Virus record (IMG/VR): IMGVR_UViG_3300019850_000208
Span: 44,575 to 108,574 of that record
Length of the DNA stretch: 64,000 bases
Direction: 5' to 3' (one strand)
Source: a virus
Below the pieces are notes generated by a model, which saw nothing but the letters and a program-made list of their open reading frames with translations, was not told the DNA's origin and searched no databases. Both the position numbers and the translations under genes were made by a program. This document shows positions 1 through 8,670 of this stretch, piece after piece; the first letter of the stretch is position 1, and each line of letters begins with the position of its first letter.

Positions 1-677
1 CCTTTTGTCTTTGTTCTTGCAAAGTTTTTATCTGTTCCGCTATATGCTGCATTAGCGGTTAAAGTCAGGGAAGTATCATTAGTAATTGTTTGGACAGTAC
101 CTATAACTTCTTCAGTATCAACCCTAACCAAAACACTGCCAGCCTCCAGTTGGGTTGTAAATAGAGTTCCACCGGTTCCCGATGAGCCGGTTACTGTCGC
201 GCTTCCGGTATTAAACGTTATTGTGCCAGTAAGAGAAAAGAAATTTTCATGAGAGAAGTAAGCTGTTACTTGGCCATTCTCACCATCATCTATTGGGTCA
301 TATGATGAATGCAATCTCATAAGACAGGTGTAATTTTGGCTTCCAAGGCCCCATTCAGCACTACTGTCGCCACTTGTCAATATACCTTCAGATGAACCAT
401 CTCTCGTATGAGCTAATGTTGTAGCAGCAGATTCAACCTCGGTAGTGACATTATCGCTATTAACGCCGCTAGTAGTCGTGAAATTTTCTATTTTGTCGAA
501 ATAGCCATCGAGTTTTGATTCTAAAACAGTTTGTTTCGCACCACTGGTCAAGTCGCCGCCTATGAGAGAATTAGTAAGGGCTAACTTGGAGTATGTTATA
601 CCAGCAGATGGCGACACCTTTGAGTTATTAACTAAGCCATCGCGGACCTGCTCACGCTTTACTTGTGTTGCTGCCAT
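1..677 (-). CDS. Tail fibre/virion structural protein, 5' part (runs off the window edge)
   Basis: Not in the ORF track. Translated by hand from ATG at 677 (GGAGG at 685-689): MAATQVKREQVRDGLVNNSKV...SLTGTITFNTGSATVTGSSGTGGTLFTTQLEAG..., open to base 1. N-terminus resembles those of neighbouring fibre proteins. Confidence 0.85.
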   Translation of the reverse strand, partial: MAATQVKREQVRDGLVNNSKVSPSAGITYSKLALTNSLIGGDLTSGAKQTVLESKLDGYFDKIENFTTTSGVNSDNVTTEVESAATTLAHTRDGSSEGILTSGDSSAEWGLGSQNYTCLMRLHSSYDPIDDGENGQVTAYFSHENFFSLTGTITFNTGSATVTGSSGTGGTLFTTQLEAGSVLVRVDTEEVIGTVQTITNDTSLTLTANAAYSGTDKNFARTKTK

Positions 678-727
678 TGTTTTTCCTCCATGTCATTAAG
701 AAAAAAAGTGGGATTAAATACTTTTAC

Positions 728-735
728 ATTATCTT
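728..735 (-). promoter_or_regulatory. AAGATAAT motif, candidate phage promoter core
   Basis: Exact 8-mer in intergenic DNA about 50 nt upstream of the ATG at 677; recurs in four other intergenic gaps. Confidence 0.5.
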
Positions 736-759
736 TGCTTTCTTGATGTGTTAAGTTAC

Positions 760-2634
760 TTACAACTTAATTATTTTTATTTTTATTTTTTCATTTTCCT
801 GCAAATCGTATCCCCCGAATCCTGTACCGGAGAATTTTATTAACTTTTTTGTATTACCGGAATCATAAAAATAGCGCCATTCATCATCATATTTTTCAAC
901 GCCATCTATTACTATATCAACCAATATATTGCTGCCTCGCAAAGTTGCCGGACTTATTAAAGTGTCAGCCTGTTCGGTCGGTAATATACTAGAATTGCTT
1001 TCTATTTCGTCATTTGTAGCCTCCGTGATATCTACTACATTTTCTTCATAAGAATGTTCTGGTTGATAGCTTCCAGTAGTAGGGTTGCCTATTACTGTGA
1101 TATAATCGCCCAATTCACCAGCTTGGACAAGAGTAATGGAAGTTGAAGAGGTTTCAGCATAATCTTCGGTTACTCTTTGCAGAAGACCATTATAGAACAC
1201 CAATATTTCATCATTTCCAACTTCATATGAATTAGTTAGATTAATAACTGTTTGGCCATTTGTTAAATTAAAATTTTCCTGCCATTTAACATCTGTTACT
1301 GGCTGCCACTCGCTTACGCTTTCTTTCCATCTATAAAGAACATTTTCGCTTAACACCAATCTAATGTCGCCATTAGTATTAGATGATAATGGTAAATCTA
1401 TGAAGTTGGGAACTGGTAATTCCCATCTTTCAACACCGGCAGAAATTAGTAACCAAACAGATCCGGTTGATTTCCATCTAAATACGTCGCTGGTATTTAA
1501 TACCAGCCTGACATCGCCATCGGAATTGCCGGATGCAGGTAATGCGCTTTCGGTGGCAACTGGTGCTTTCCAATAAGCTTCTGTTAAATCCGGCAAGTCA
1601 GTGAGGTTATTATAACTAATTTTTGGGCCCTGACCATTTGTACCATCGTGAATATGCCCTAAATCTTTATCAAAGAAGACATTCACTTCTGCGCTTGTGT
1701 AATAGCGAACATCTAAAGTACCATTTAGTAATTCCGATTCGGTATAGTATCTATCATCGAGAACATTATTACCAACACTGGCAGATGGATCAAGTTGCGT
1801 CTTTGTATAATATCTATCATCATGAAAGTGTGTGCCAGGAGATACCATCACCCAGCTAGATGTCGAAGAATTCCATCTGTAAATTCTATTACCATATGTA
1901 GTATCGGCAATGTTCTTTACATATCTAACATCACCATCAAGATTTCCGCTGGCCGGCAAGTCCCCATATGTCGGAACAGGAGAGTGCCAGTATCCTATTC
2001 CGCCTCCCCCACCAGAAATAGCTTCCCACTGAGATAAACCAGAATTCCACCTATAAAGTGTATTATTATCTAATACTAGTCTGATATCGCCATTATTATT
2101 GCCGGTAGATGGCAGATCACCTATGGAATTAACTGGATCAAGCCAATTACTTGAATTCACCTCTGATAATTTGGAGCCAATATATTTATATCCAGTTACT
2201 TTAAATGGGATTGTGTATGAGTGTGAATTCTGAATGAAAAGATAGCCTGGATTGTATTGCCAGAACCAATCCATAGAATCTGAACTGGAAATTTCTACAT
2301 CATTATTATCATACAGCCTAACGGTATATCCCTGTCCAAACTTTGGGGGGACCCATCCAGTTAGATTATCCGAGCTATAATAAGCATACCAGCCCTTGTG
2401 ATTTGAAACTGCGAAATCTTCTGTTAATGTTAGTAGGGTGTATTTTTGAACTATGCCATTAGTTTCGGCCACGCTTGGATTAGAATTAATTTCATCAACC
2501 CAAACATCATTGGCATAAACAGTGAAAGCTGATGAGCGTATTTCTTCGTATACTTGTTTTGAAATAGATGTCAATGTTTTATCATTCAAAAATTTGAATG
2601 AAAAATCTATTTTTGTATTATCAGATAAAGCCAA
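760..2634 (-). CDS. Virion structural/tail fibre protein with four W-x2-PV-x5-LP-x2-GN-x2-GD-x-R repeats and DDRYY repeats
   Basis: 624 aa; TTG start with GAGG RBS; four ~45-aa repeats; HFHDDRYY/LDDRYY/LDVRYY motifs; one VFYNG...DY module; tail-gene context. Confidence 0.75.
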   Translation of the reverse strand: MALSDNTKIDFSFKFLNDKTLTSISKQVYEEIRSSAFTVYANDVWVDEINSNPSVAETNGIVQKYTLLTLTEDFAVSNHKGWYAYYSSDNLTGWVPPKFGQGYTVRLYDNNDVEISSSDSMDWFWQYNPGYLFIQNSHSYTIPFKVTGYKYIGSKLSEVNSSNWLDPVNSIGDLPSTGNNNGDIRLVLDNNTLYRWNSGLSQWEAISGGGGGIGYWHSPVPTYGDLPASGNLDGDVRYVKNIADTTYGNRIYRWNSSTSSWVMVSPGTHFHDDRYYTKTQLDPSASVGNNVLDDRYYTESELLNGTLDVRYYTSAEVNVFFDKDLGHIHDGTNGQGPKISYNNLTDLPDLTEAYWKAPVATESALPASGNSDGDVRLVLNTSDVFRWKSTGSVWLLISAGVERWELPVPNFIDLPLSSNTNGDIRLVLSENVLYRWKESVSEWQPVTDVKWQENFNLTNGQTVINLTNSYEVGNDEILVFYNGLLQRVTEDYAETSSTSITLVQAGELGDYITVIGNPTTGSYQPEHSYEENVVDITEATNDEIESNSSILPTEQADTLISPATLRGSNILVDIVIDGVEKYDDEWRYFYDSGNTKKLIKFSGTGFGGYDLQENEKIKIKIIKL

Positions 2635-2652
2635 GTATAACGCCTCACTATT

Positions 2653-3684
2653 TTACCAATTAGCTACCGATAACGAGTTTAATTCACTCAGAGTAATATT
2701 GTTGGTATATGTTATTTTCATTATTATCATATATCCAGAATTATTAGTTGAAAATCCACCGAATGTAAAATAAAAATCATTCCCAGAACTTTGCGATGCT
2801 ACATGACATCCATCGCCATCCGAACCAGTAAAAGTGGCAGAGTTGTATGCCAAATCCCCTCTTAGCCATCCTGTTTGTGTTGGAAGTTTAAACTCAACTT
2901 TAATATTTGAATATGGCCAGGATGAAACGTTCCACGGATCAAATGTAATTATTATATTTGTATGCGGGTTGCCTGCATCTCGTAAAGCTCTTAGATAATA
3001 TTGTTCTCCGGTAAATCCACTTGAATAGTCCGCAGATTGGGCCGGATTATAGCCACTTGTATAATTTGTATCAGGATAGATTAAAACATTTGGCCACACC
3101 TGCAATTTCCCATTTGTTAATGTGCTGTTCGAATTCCATTGACCTGTAATAGCTCCCGGAACACTGTCATAACTTGCGCTTGGCAGCCTATAATATTCAT
3201 CTCTAAAATATTCATTAGTGTCATCCGCCTCATTGCCATAGGTGAGAACCATATTATTATCAGAAGAACTATAGGACGTTGTGCCGCTTCCAATAGGATC
3301 AGTTCCATATGCACTTAATCTCGCATTAGGAGACCATACACCGCTGGTAACCACTGTAATAGTATCTGAATAAGAAAAAGGATCGGTCTGATCTGGAGGA
3401 GTTGGTACACCAGAAGCTTCATTATCGGAATGACTTAATGTTTTATTGACGGCTGCAAATTGACTTGCATTTATATGAATTAAATTGTTTATAAAAGTAT
3501 TTCTGTATACATTATTTGCGGCAAGACTTATGTTAAATACATCATTAATAGAATAGAATCTTATGCCACTTAAATATTTTGAGCTATTAAGCATATTTTC
3601 GGAAATAGCTAAGCCAGTGACACCAGGCCGAGTAGGACTATCATCATAGAATATGTCTAGTTTATTGGTGCTTGACGTAGCCAA
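2653..3684 (-). CDS. Virion structural protein (beta-rich)
   Basis: 343 aa; S/T/N/G/Y-rich; co-oriented within the fibre cluster. Confidence 0.6.
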   Translation of the reverse strand: MATSSTNKLDIFYDDSPTRPGVTGLAISENMLNSSKYLSGIRFYSINDVFNISLAANNVYRNTFINNLIHINASQFAAVNKTLSHSDNEASGVPTPPDQTDPFSYSDTITVVTSGVWSPNARLSAYGTDPIGSGTTSYSSSDNNMVLTYGNEADDTNEYFRDEYYRLPSASYDSVPGAITGQWNSNSTLTNGKLQVWPNVLIYPDTNYTSGYNPAQSADYSSGFTGEQYYLRALRDAGNPHTNIIITFDPWNVSSWPYSNIKVEFKLPTQTGWLRGDLAYNSATFTGSDGDGCHVASQSSGNDFYFTFGGFSTNNSGYMIIMKITYTNNITLSELNSLSVANW

Positions 3685-3870
3685 TTATTCATCCCTTTTA
3701 TATTCATTATTGTGATCTAAGATAAATTCTTCATTACTACAAAAATCTACTGGTATCATTTTCGAGCCACAGTTAGGACAGTAAATTTCTTGTTTGCCGA
3801 ACTCCTCTGGGGATACATACACTTGCATTCTGTGTTCGCACACCAGACATTCAAATTCACAAGATGGCAT
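3685..3870 (-). CDS. Small zinc-ribbon protein (FmdB-like CxxC...CxxC)
   Basis: MPSCEFECLVCEH...YCPNCGS fits the FmdB-type MP-x-Y-E-Y-x-C-x2-C ... C-P-x-C-G-S pattern with Y positions substituted. Confidence 0.7.
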   Translation of the reverse strand: MPSCEFECLVCEHRMQVYVSPEEFGKQEIYCPNCGSKMIPVDFCSNEEFILDHNNEYKRDE

Positions 3871-3937
3871 TTAATAGTTTCCTTAACTTATTTTATTAAT
3901 AAAATCAAACTGTTGTTCTTGTTTAGCTTTTTATTTT

Positions 3938-4132
3938 TTATACACTTTGTAAATTCGCCTGTTCTGCTATTCTTCTTTGTAATATTTCTTCGTGTTCATT
4001 ACCTATTTCTGTTTGTGTAGGTTTTTTATCATACAAAACAACTTCAGTTTCAATGTTTCCTAAATCGTCTACAATCTCAAAAGTATACTCATAAGTAGGT
4101 AATACTCTATCAATTACTGAACCTTTTGTCAT
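3938..4132 (-). CDS. Hypothetical protein
   Basis: 64 aa; GGAG RBS overlaps the upstream stop codon. Confidence 0.6.
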   Translation of the reverse strand: MTKGSVIDRVLPTYEYTFEIVDDLGNIETEVVLYDKKPTQTEIGNEHEEILQRRIAEQANLQSV

Positions 4133-4141
4133 AGTTATCTC

Positions 4142-4672
4142 CTATGCCATTTTCTTAATAAATATTAAACTATAATATGCTGGTTTGTTTTCGTGTGCTG
4201 AACCACCACCTGAATAGTTAGTTGGACATTGATTAGTGCCGCTTCGTATATCATTTGTAATTCCACCACCTGTATAACCTTTATAAGCAACGGTCCCTCC
4301 AGTTTCTCCACCCGTTTTTATTTCATGACTATGTATTGGCATTTCACTAATTGTCAATGTGTGGGTATCTTCACCACCTGTATTTCCACTTGCATTTTCA
4401 GACCGAATAAACCTATTGAGAAGGTTTGGAGCGCCATTGCCATTACAAACTTTCCATCCAGCAAGCGTTGCTGTATCGCCTGTTCTATCACCAATGTCTT
4501 CAGTTCTTGTAGCCACATCGGCTATACCAGTTCCATCATACATTAAAATCACGCCCACCGGCAAAGCGGCCTGTACATCATTTGCTGCAGCGCCAGATGT
4601 TACGGCAGTTTCCACTTTAGTTTCAAAACTGCTTGTCTCTATATCAGTGCCTTTTATTTTTGTTACTGGCAT
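4142..4672 (-). CDS. Short tail fibre / tail-collar-domain protein (paralogue B)
   Basis: LPVGVILMY...GWKVCNG...PNLLNRF collar motif, HTLT-x-xEMP-x-HSH, and terminal HENKPAYYSLIFIKK, typical of T4 gp12/collar-type fibre tips. Confidence 0.8.
   Translation of the reverse strand: MPVTKIKGTDIETSSFETKVETAVTSGAAANDVQAALPVGVILMYDGTGIADVATRTEDIGDRTGDTATLAGWKVCNGNGAPNLLNRFIRSENASGNTGGEDTHTLTISEMPIHSHEIKTGGETGGTVAYKGYTGGGITNDIRSGTNQCPTNYSGGGSAHENKPAYYSLIFIKKMA
4441..4672. repeat. Direct repeat, copy 1 (5' part of mini-fibre gene); partner at 8321-8552
   Basis: Ungapped alignment at offset 3880; core 4551-4645 vs 8431-8525 has 5 mismatches in 95 nt (counted by eye). Confidence 0.9.
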
Positions 4673-4681
4673 TTATTCCTC

Positions 4682-5170
4682 CTATGAATAATTCCACACT
4701 ACCGCTTCCACACCGGTTCTATCTGAAGCGGAATTTATCTCCGTTTCTAATTGATTTGAATAATCACGAATGTTCTGACGTTCCAACAACAATGCTTGGT
4801 ATTCATTATCAGAAAGACTTGTGCTGGAGCCGGTGCTATCATCTGCTAATTGATCTCTGTGTCTTAACACTTTCCAATCAGTTGCTTTGAGTTCATAATA
4901 TGCAGACTGTTTAATGTATGCAATTCTATCGTCTTTAAGTTCCGCTAAAGGATAATAATCTTCTATATTTATTTCAACAATTTCTCCATCTATGTATTTA
5001 TATAGAAAATGATTATAAAAATCGGTTAGAATAAGATTATAATGCCGTTCAATTGTGCCTTCTGGGGTGATGCATATATCATTCTGTTGAGGTGTTTCGA
5101 AAGCATCTGAAAATGCATGGATTATGATATTGTTGTCATCTAATCTTACATAATGTTTATAGTTATTCAT
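4682..5170 (-). CDS. Tail fibre assembly chaperone-like protein
   Basis: C-terminal LKATDW...YQALLLERQNIRD motif typical of phage tail-assembly chaperones; adjacent to fibre genes. Confidence 0.7.
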   Translation of the reverse strand: MNNYKHYVRLDDNNIIIHAFSDAFETPQQNDICITPEGTIERHYNLILTDFYNHFLYKYIDGEIVEINIEDYYPLAELKDDRIAYIKQSAYYELKATDWKVLRHRDQLADDSTGSSTSLSDNEYQALLLERQNIRDYSNQLETEINSASDRTGVEAVVWNYS

Positions 5171-5436
5171 TTTTTCCTCATTTCTTCTAATCTTTTGTTA
5201 CGCTCTTTTGCTAATTCCAAAGGAATATCCTTAACAAGATTTTTCTTTTCTCCAAATGATATTTTTTGTGGATTCTTATCTGTTCTATCAAGTATTATTC
5301 TATCTCGTACCCGTCTCACTTTTTCTCTTGCAGCATTTTCTAACCAATCAATAAATGAATAGCAATCTGTTTCTATTACCCGTTGGTCTTCATCATCTAT
5401 TTGAATTGTTTTTATTTCGTCTGATATTGTTATCAT
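5167..5436 (-). CDS. Hypothetical protein (possible partner of the C1q-like fibre)
   Basis: 89 aa; DWLENAAREKVRR helix; RBS present; 4-nt overlap with the next gene. Confidence 0.65.
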   Translation of the reverse strand: MITISDEIKTIQIDDEDQRVIETDCYSFIDWLENAAREKVRRVRDRIILDRTDKNPQKISFGEKKNLVKDIPLELAKERNKRLEEMRKK

Positions 5437-5445
5437 TATAATCTC

Positions 5446-6588
5446 CTATGCAAACTTATGTATGTTGAAATAATCATAAACAACATGTGCATATGTATTG
5501 ACTGCTCCACCCTGATTATGATAAGCCCTTATATCTACATAATCATTTTTTGCTAAATAAATATCAGTGGCTAATTTAGTATCTACATAAAATGTACCTG
5601 CTGCATAAACCATATTTCTGTAACCAAAAACTACCTCAACTTCATTCCTAAAAAGGGCTATACGCCAATATTCACCGGCATCCCATGCTACACTGTTAGA
5701 AAGTAAACCAGCATCTGCATGGTAATATCCGCCTTCTTTTGCCGTAAATCTGTAATTTGTAATATTATCATATTCATTATTAAGATCGTATTCTTTATCA
5801 TCATATTTTACAATTGTCCATGTATCATTAGGAATCGACTGTACATCATCTTTTGTAATTCTACATGCACTCTGCTTTGGGAAATCTATAATACCATTAT
5901 CGTGTATTCTTTGTGCTTCGACACCGGCTACTTTTGCAACAATTTCATCTTTGTCTGAAGTTTCTTCAACTTCGATATAAGTATCACCATCTGCATCACC
6001 TAATTTTTTACCAACTCCTAATATAGTATCTGATAATGTCGTAGTTCCACTAACCTCTAAAGTACTCAAAAACCACGCATCCCCAATTTGAGTAGGAGTA
6101 GATTTAATTTTACAAATTGATATAATAAGTTCATTAGCATACTCACTACTAAGACCACTATCATATAAACTACTATTATCATCATTTATAAGTGGTGCTA
6201 CAGCAAAATCACTATCTGGGTCATTAAGAGTTTGACCATTTGCTTCTACCCAGCCTGAAGGTAATTCTGGTTCATCATAAACAGCATAACTTTCATTTCC
6301 ATCTGGAAAAGCATTATAATCCAAAGTTAAATCATTTGCAGAAACATTTAGTACTACTGCAAATATTTTATCAGTAGAATTATAAACAATATCACCAACT
6401 GATATAGTAGAAAAAGCTTCCGAGGAATCCTTTAAATGATTTTCAGTATATGAATCTGCTGTACTAGATATTAGAGCAGTCTGAGTAATTGCATATCTGC
6501 TTTTCATCCAATACATAATTGTTCCAATAGGTGAATCATCAAAATAAAGTCTACCACCTATAGGCTGTGATAAATGTTTTGTACTCAA
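5446..6588 (-). CDS. Mosaic tail fibre / receptor-binding protein with C-terminal C1q-like domain
   Basis: Split collar motif (PIGTIMYW...LPSGWVEANGQ), DADGDTYI linker, C-terminal YDNITNYRFTAKEGGYY...YLAKNDYVDI C1q/TNF-like pattern. Confidence 0.7.
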   Translation of the reverse strand: MSTKHLSQPIGGRLYFDDSPIGTIMYWMKSRYAITQTALISSTADSYTENHLKDSSEAFSTISVGDIVYNSTDKIFAVVLNVSANDLTLDYNAFPDGNESYAVYDEPELPSGWVEANGQTLNDPDSDFAVAPLINDDNSSLYDSGLSSEYANELIISICKIKSTPTQIGDAWFLSTLEVSGTTTLSDTILGVGKKLGDADGDTYIEVEETSDKDEIVAKVAGVEAQRIHDNGIIDFPKQSACRITKDDVQSIPNDTWTIVKYDDKEYDLNNEYDNITNYRFTAKEGGYYHADAGLLSNSVAWDAGEYWRIALFRNEVEVVFGYRNMVYAAGTFYVDTKLATDIYLAKNDYVDIRAYHNQGGAVNTYAHVVYDYFNIHKFA

Positions 6589-6603
6589 TTTAAATTCTCC
6601 TTA

Positions 6604-7686
6604 TTATAATTCTGCATCAAACGCTATATAAGATGTAATATTATTGTCAGAAGTTAGTTGATAAAGTTGACCTGCAGTCAACGATGAAGAAGCTGTCACA
6701 CTAAGATCAATACAATGAGAACTACTTTGATCAACTGACATATTAGTAACTGATGTATTAGCTGTTCCATCGAAAACTATTAAATTACCTGAATAACTAA
6801 GAGACGGAGCTGTACGCATTATCACAGGAAACTGTACATAAATATAAGCACCTCCATTACCATTCCCAACTCCTTGTCCATACCTTATATAAGCTGATTC
6901 AGCATTTTTTCTATGATAATATCTCATACTCCTTACTAACTCACTTTCATAATCATTAGGTATAAATGGAGTAGCGATTTTTCCAAGTTCAAATTTAACT
7001 CCAGCTAGGAAAATATTATTATCTGTACTATCACATGCATTGACTTGATTAAAAGTCGCTATATAATTTCCTGTTTGCCATGCATCAGGAGTAGTTTGAT
7101 ACGTTGAACCACTTGCAAATGTCCAGTTTATATATAAACCAGCTCCATTAGCATAGTCCCATGTACCATCTGAATAATCAAATGGAATTACTATAATTTT
7201 ATATTCCCAAGTATCAGTAACATTAACAGTATATTCAGCAACATAGCTTCTATCAGAAATAGAATTTCGAAAACCAACACAATAAGTTCCTATTTTAGTT
7301 GCTTTAACCCAAAAAGATAGAACGCCATAATTTCCTACATACTTCTTAAAATTATAACCTTCTATTGCTTGGTATAATTGACAATAATTACCTGCATCAA
7401 TATCTGAATCAGCAGTAGTACAATCTATTTTAAGAGAATAACTAATATCACTATTTGGTATATCTGTGTCACGAGTAATGTCATGAACCATAGTACCATT
7501 TTTAGTATAGCGAAACCTATCAGCATTATATGTAGCATGAGGTATTGAAGCAAAACTAGTTCCTCTTTGCCAAAATCTTAGACCCCCATTAATAATATCA
7601 TTGTGACCTACTAAGTTTTTACTACGTAAATAATCTTTCACATAAAGTGAATGGTCAAATATTTTAATTCCTTTAAATAATTTCAT
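6604..7686 (-). CDS. Tail fibre / receptor-binding protein with carbohydrate-binding-like domain
   Basis: IINGGLRFWQRGTSF...YNADRF...GVKFELGKIATPF...RYY...FPVIMRTAP...FDAEL is a common phage fibre-tip pattern. Confidence 0.75.
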   Translation of the reverse strand: MKLFKGIKIFDHSLYVKDYLRSKNLVGHNDIINGGLRFWQRGTSFASIPHATYNADRFRYTKNGTMVHDITRDTDIPNSDISYSLKIDCTTADSDIDAGNYCQLYQAIEGYNFKKYVGNYGVLSFWVKATKIGTYCVGFRNSISDRSYVAEYTVNVTDTWEYKIIVIPFDYSDGTWDYANGAGLYINWTFASGSTYQTTPDAWQTGNYIATFNQVNACDSTDNNIFLAGVKFELGKIATPFIPNDYESELVRSMRYYHRKNAESAYIRYGQGVGNGNGGAYIYVQFPVIMRTAPSLSYSGNLIVFDGTANTSVTNMSVDQSSSHCIDLSVTASSSLTAGQLYQLTSDNNITSYIAFDAEL

Positions 7687-7705
7687 TTAATTTTCAATCC
7701 TTAAT

Positions 7706-7963
7706 TTATGTTATATTACCAGTTTTGAAATTAATGTTATGCGGTTGTACATAATCAAAATTGTATTTCTTTCCCATTTTCTCCCACCATATTTCGCTCA
7801 ATCTGTTCATCTTTACATATTTATTTAATATTTCATATAGCAATTCTTTATTCTTAATTGGTACTGTTTTCATGAGCAATTTATCAAGTAACTCCTCAAT
7901 TCCCATCTTTTTATCAATGATATTTTGAATTGTTTTTCTTTCTCTCTCGGTAACTGTTATCAT
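7706..7963 (-). CDS. Protein resembling the CXXX-repeat peptide modification system accessory protein (TIGR04116-like)
   Basis: VTERER..IQ...KK.GI.EL...ELLYE...WWEKMGKKYNF...INFKTG.I matches my recollection of that family; not verified by search. Confidence 0.5.
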   Translation of the reverse strand: MITVTERERKTIQNIIDKKMGIEELLDKLLMKTVPIKNKELLYEILNKYVKMNRLSEIWWEKMGKKYNFDYVQPHNINFKTGNIT

Positions 7964-7973
7964 TTTAGACTCC

Positions 7974-8552
7974 TTAACTCATTTTTATTATCGGTATTAA
8001 ACTATAAAATGCTGGTTTATTCGCTCCTGTTCCTGAACTTCCAGCATTATCTATTGTTACTGTGTGATTATGAGCTTGATTATTATTTCCTACCCTACTA
8101 TTTATTGCTTCACATGTAGCTGCAGATGCAGCAGCATAACCAAGTAATGAACCGTTGCCAGTCTCAAGGTTAACATTATGGTCATGATTTGCACTTTGAT
8201 TTCCAACAGAATTTGTGTGAGTATGGCTTACCACTATTGCATCATCACTGCCACCAGTATTACCAGAGGCAGATTCCATCCTTAGAAATCTATTAAGCAT
8301 ATTTGGTGTACCTGCGTTGCCATTGCAAGCCTTCCAGCCCGGCAAAGATATCGTATCTCCGGTCCTGTCTCCAATGTCTTCAGTTCTTGAGGCGGCATCT
8401 GCAATGCCAGAGCCATTATACATTAGAATTACACCCACCGGCAAAGCGGGTTGTACATCATTCGCTGCAGCGCCAGATGTTACGGCAGTATCCACTTTAG
8501 TTTCAAAACTGCTTGTCTCTATATCGTGGCCTTTGACTTGTGTTGCTGACAT
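7974..8552 (-). CDS. Short tail fibre / tail-collar-domain protein (paralogue A)
   Basis: Same collar motif as 4142-4672; three HxH motifs (HTH, HDH, HNH); terminal NKPAFYSLIPIIK. Confidence 0.8.
   Translation of the reverse strand: MSATQVKGHDIETSSFETKVDTAVTSGAAANDVQPALPVGVILMYNGSGIADAASRTEDIGDRTGDTISLPGWKACNGNAGTPNMLNRFLRMESASGNTGGSDDAIVVSHTHTNSVGNQSANHDHNVNLETGNGSLLGYAAASAATCEAINSRVGNNNQAHNHTVTIDNAGSSGTGANKPAFYSLIPIIKMS
8321..8552. repeat. Direct repeat, copy 2 (partner of 4441-4672)
   Basis: See copy 1. Confidence 0.9.
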
Positions 8553-8670
8553 ATAATAATCACCCCTTGTTTAAAAACATCTTTGAATATTGTCATCTTT
8601 CTTCTGCTGTTTTATATCCCCTTTTATTTCAGCATTCATTATAGCTTCTATAAGTTCTATTATTTTATTC

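Noticed and set aside
4441-8552. Diversity-generating retroelement template/variable repeat pair
   Set aside because: Mismatches are not adenine-specific, both copies are coding N-termini rather than C-terminal variable regions, and no reverse transcriptase is in the window.
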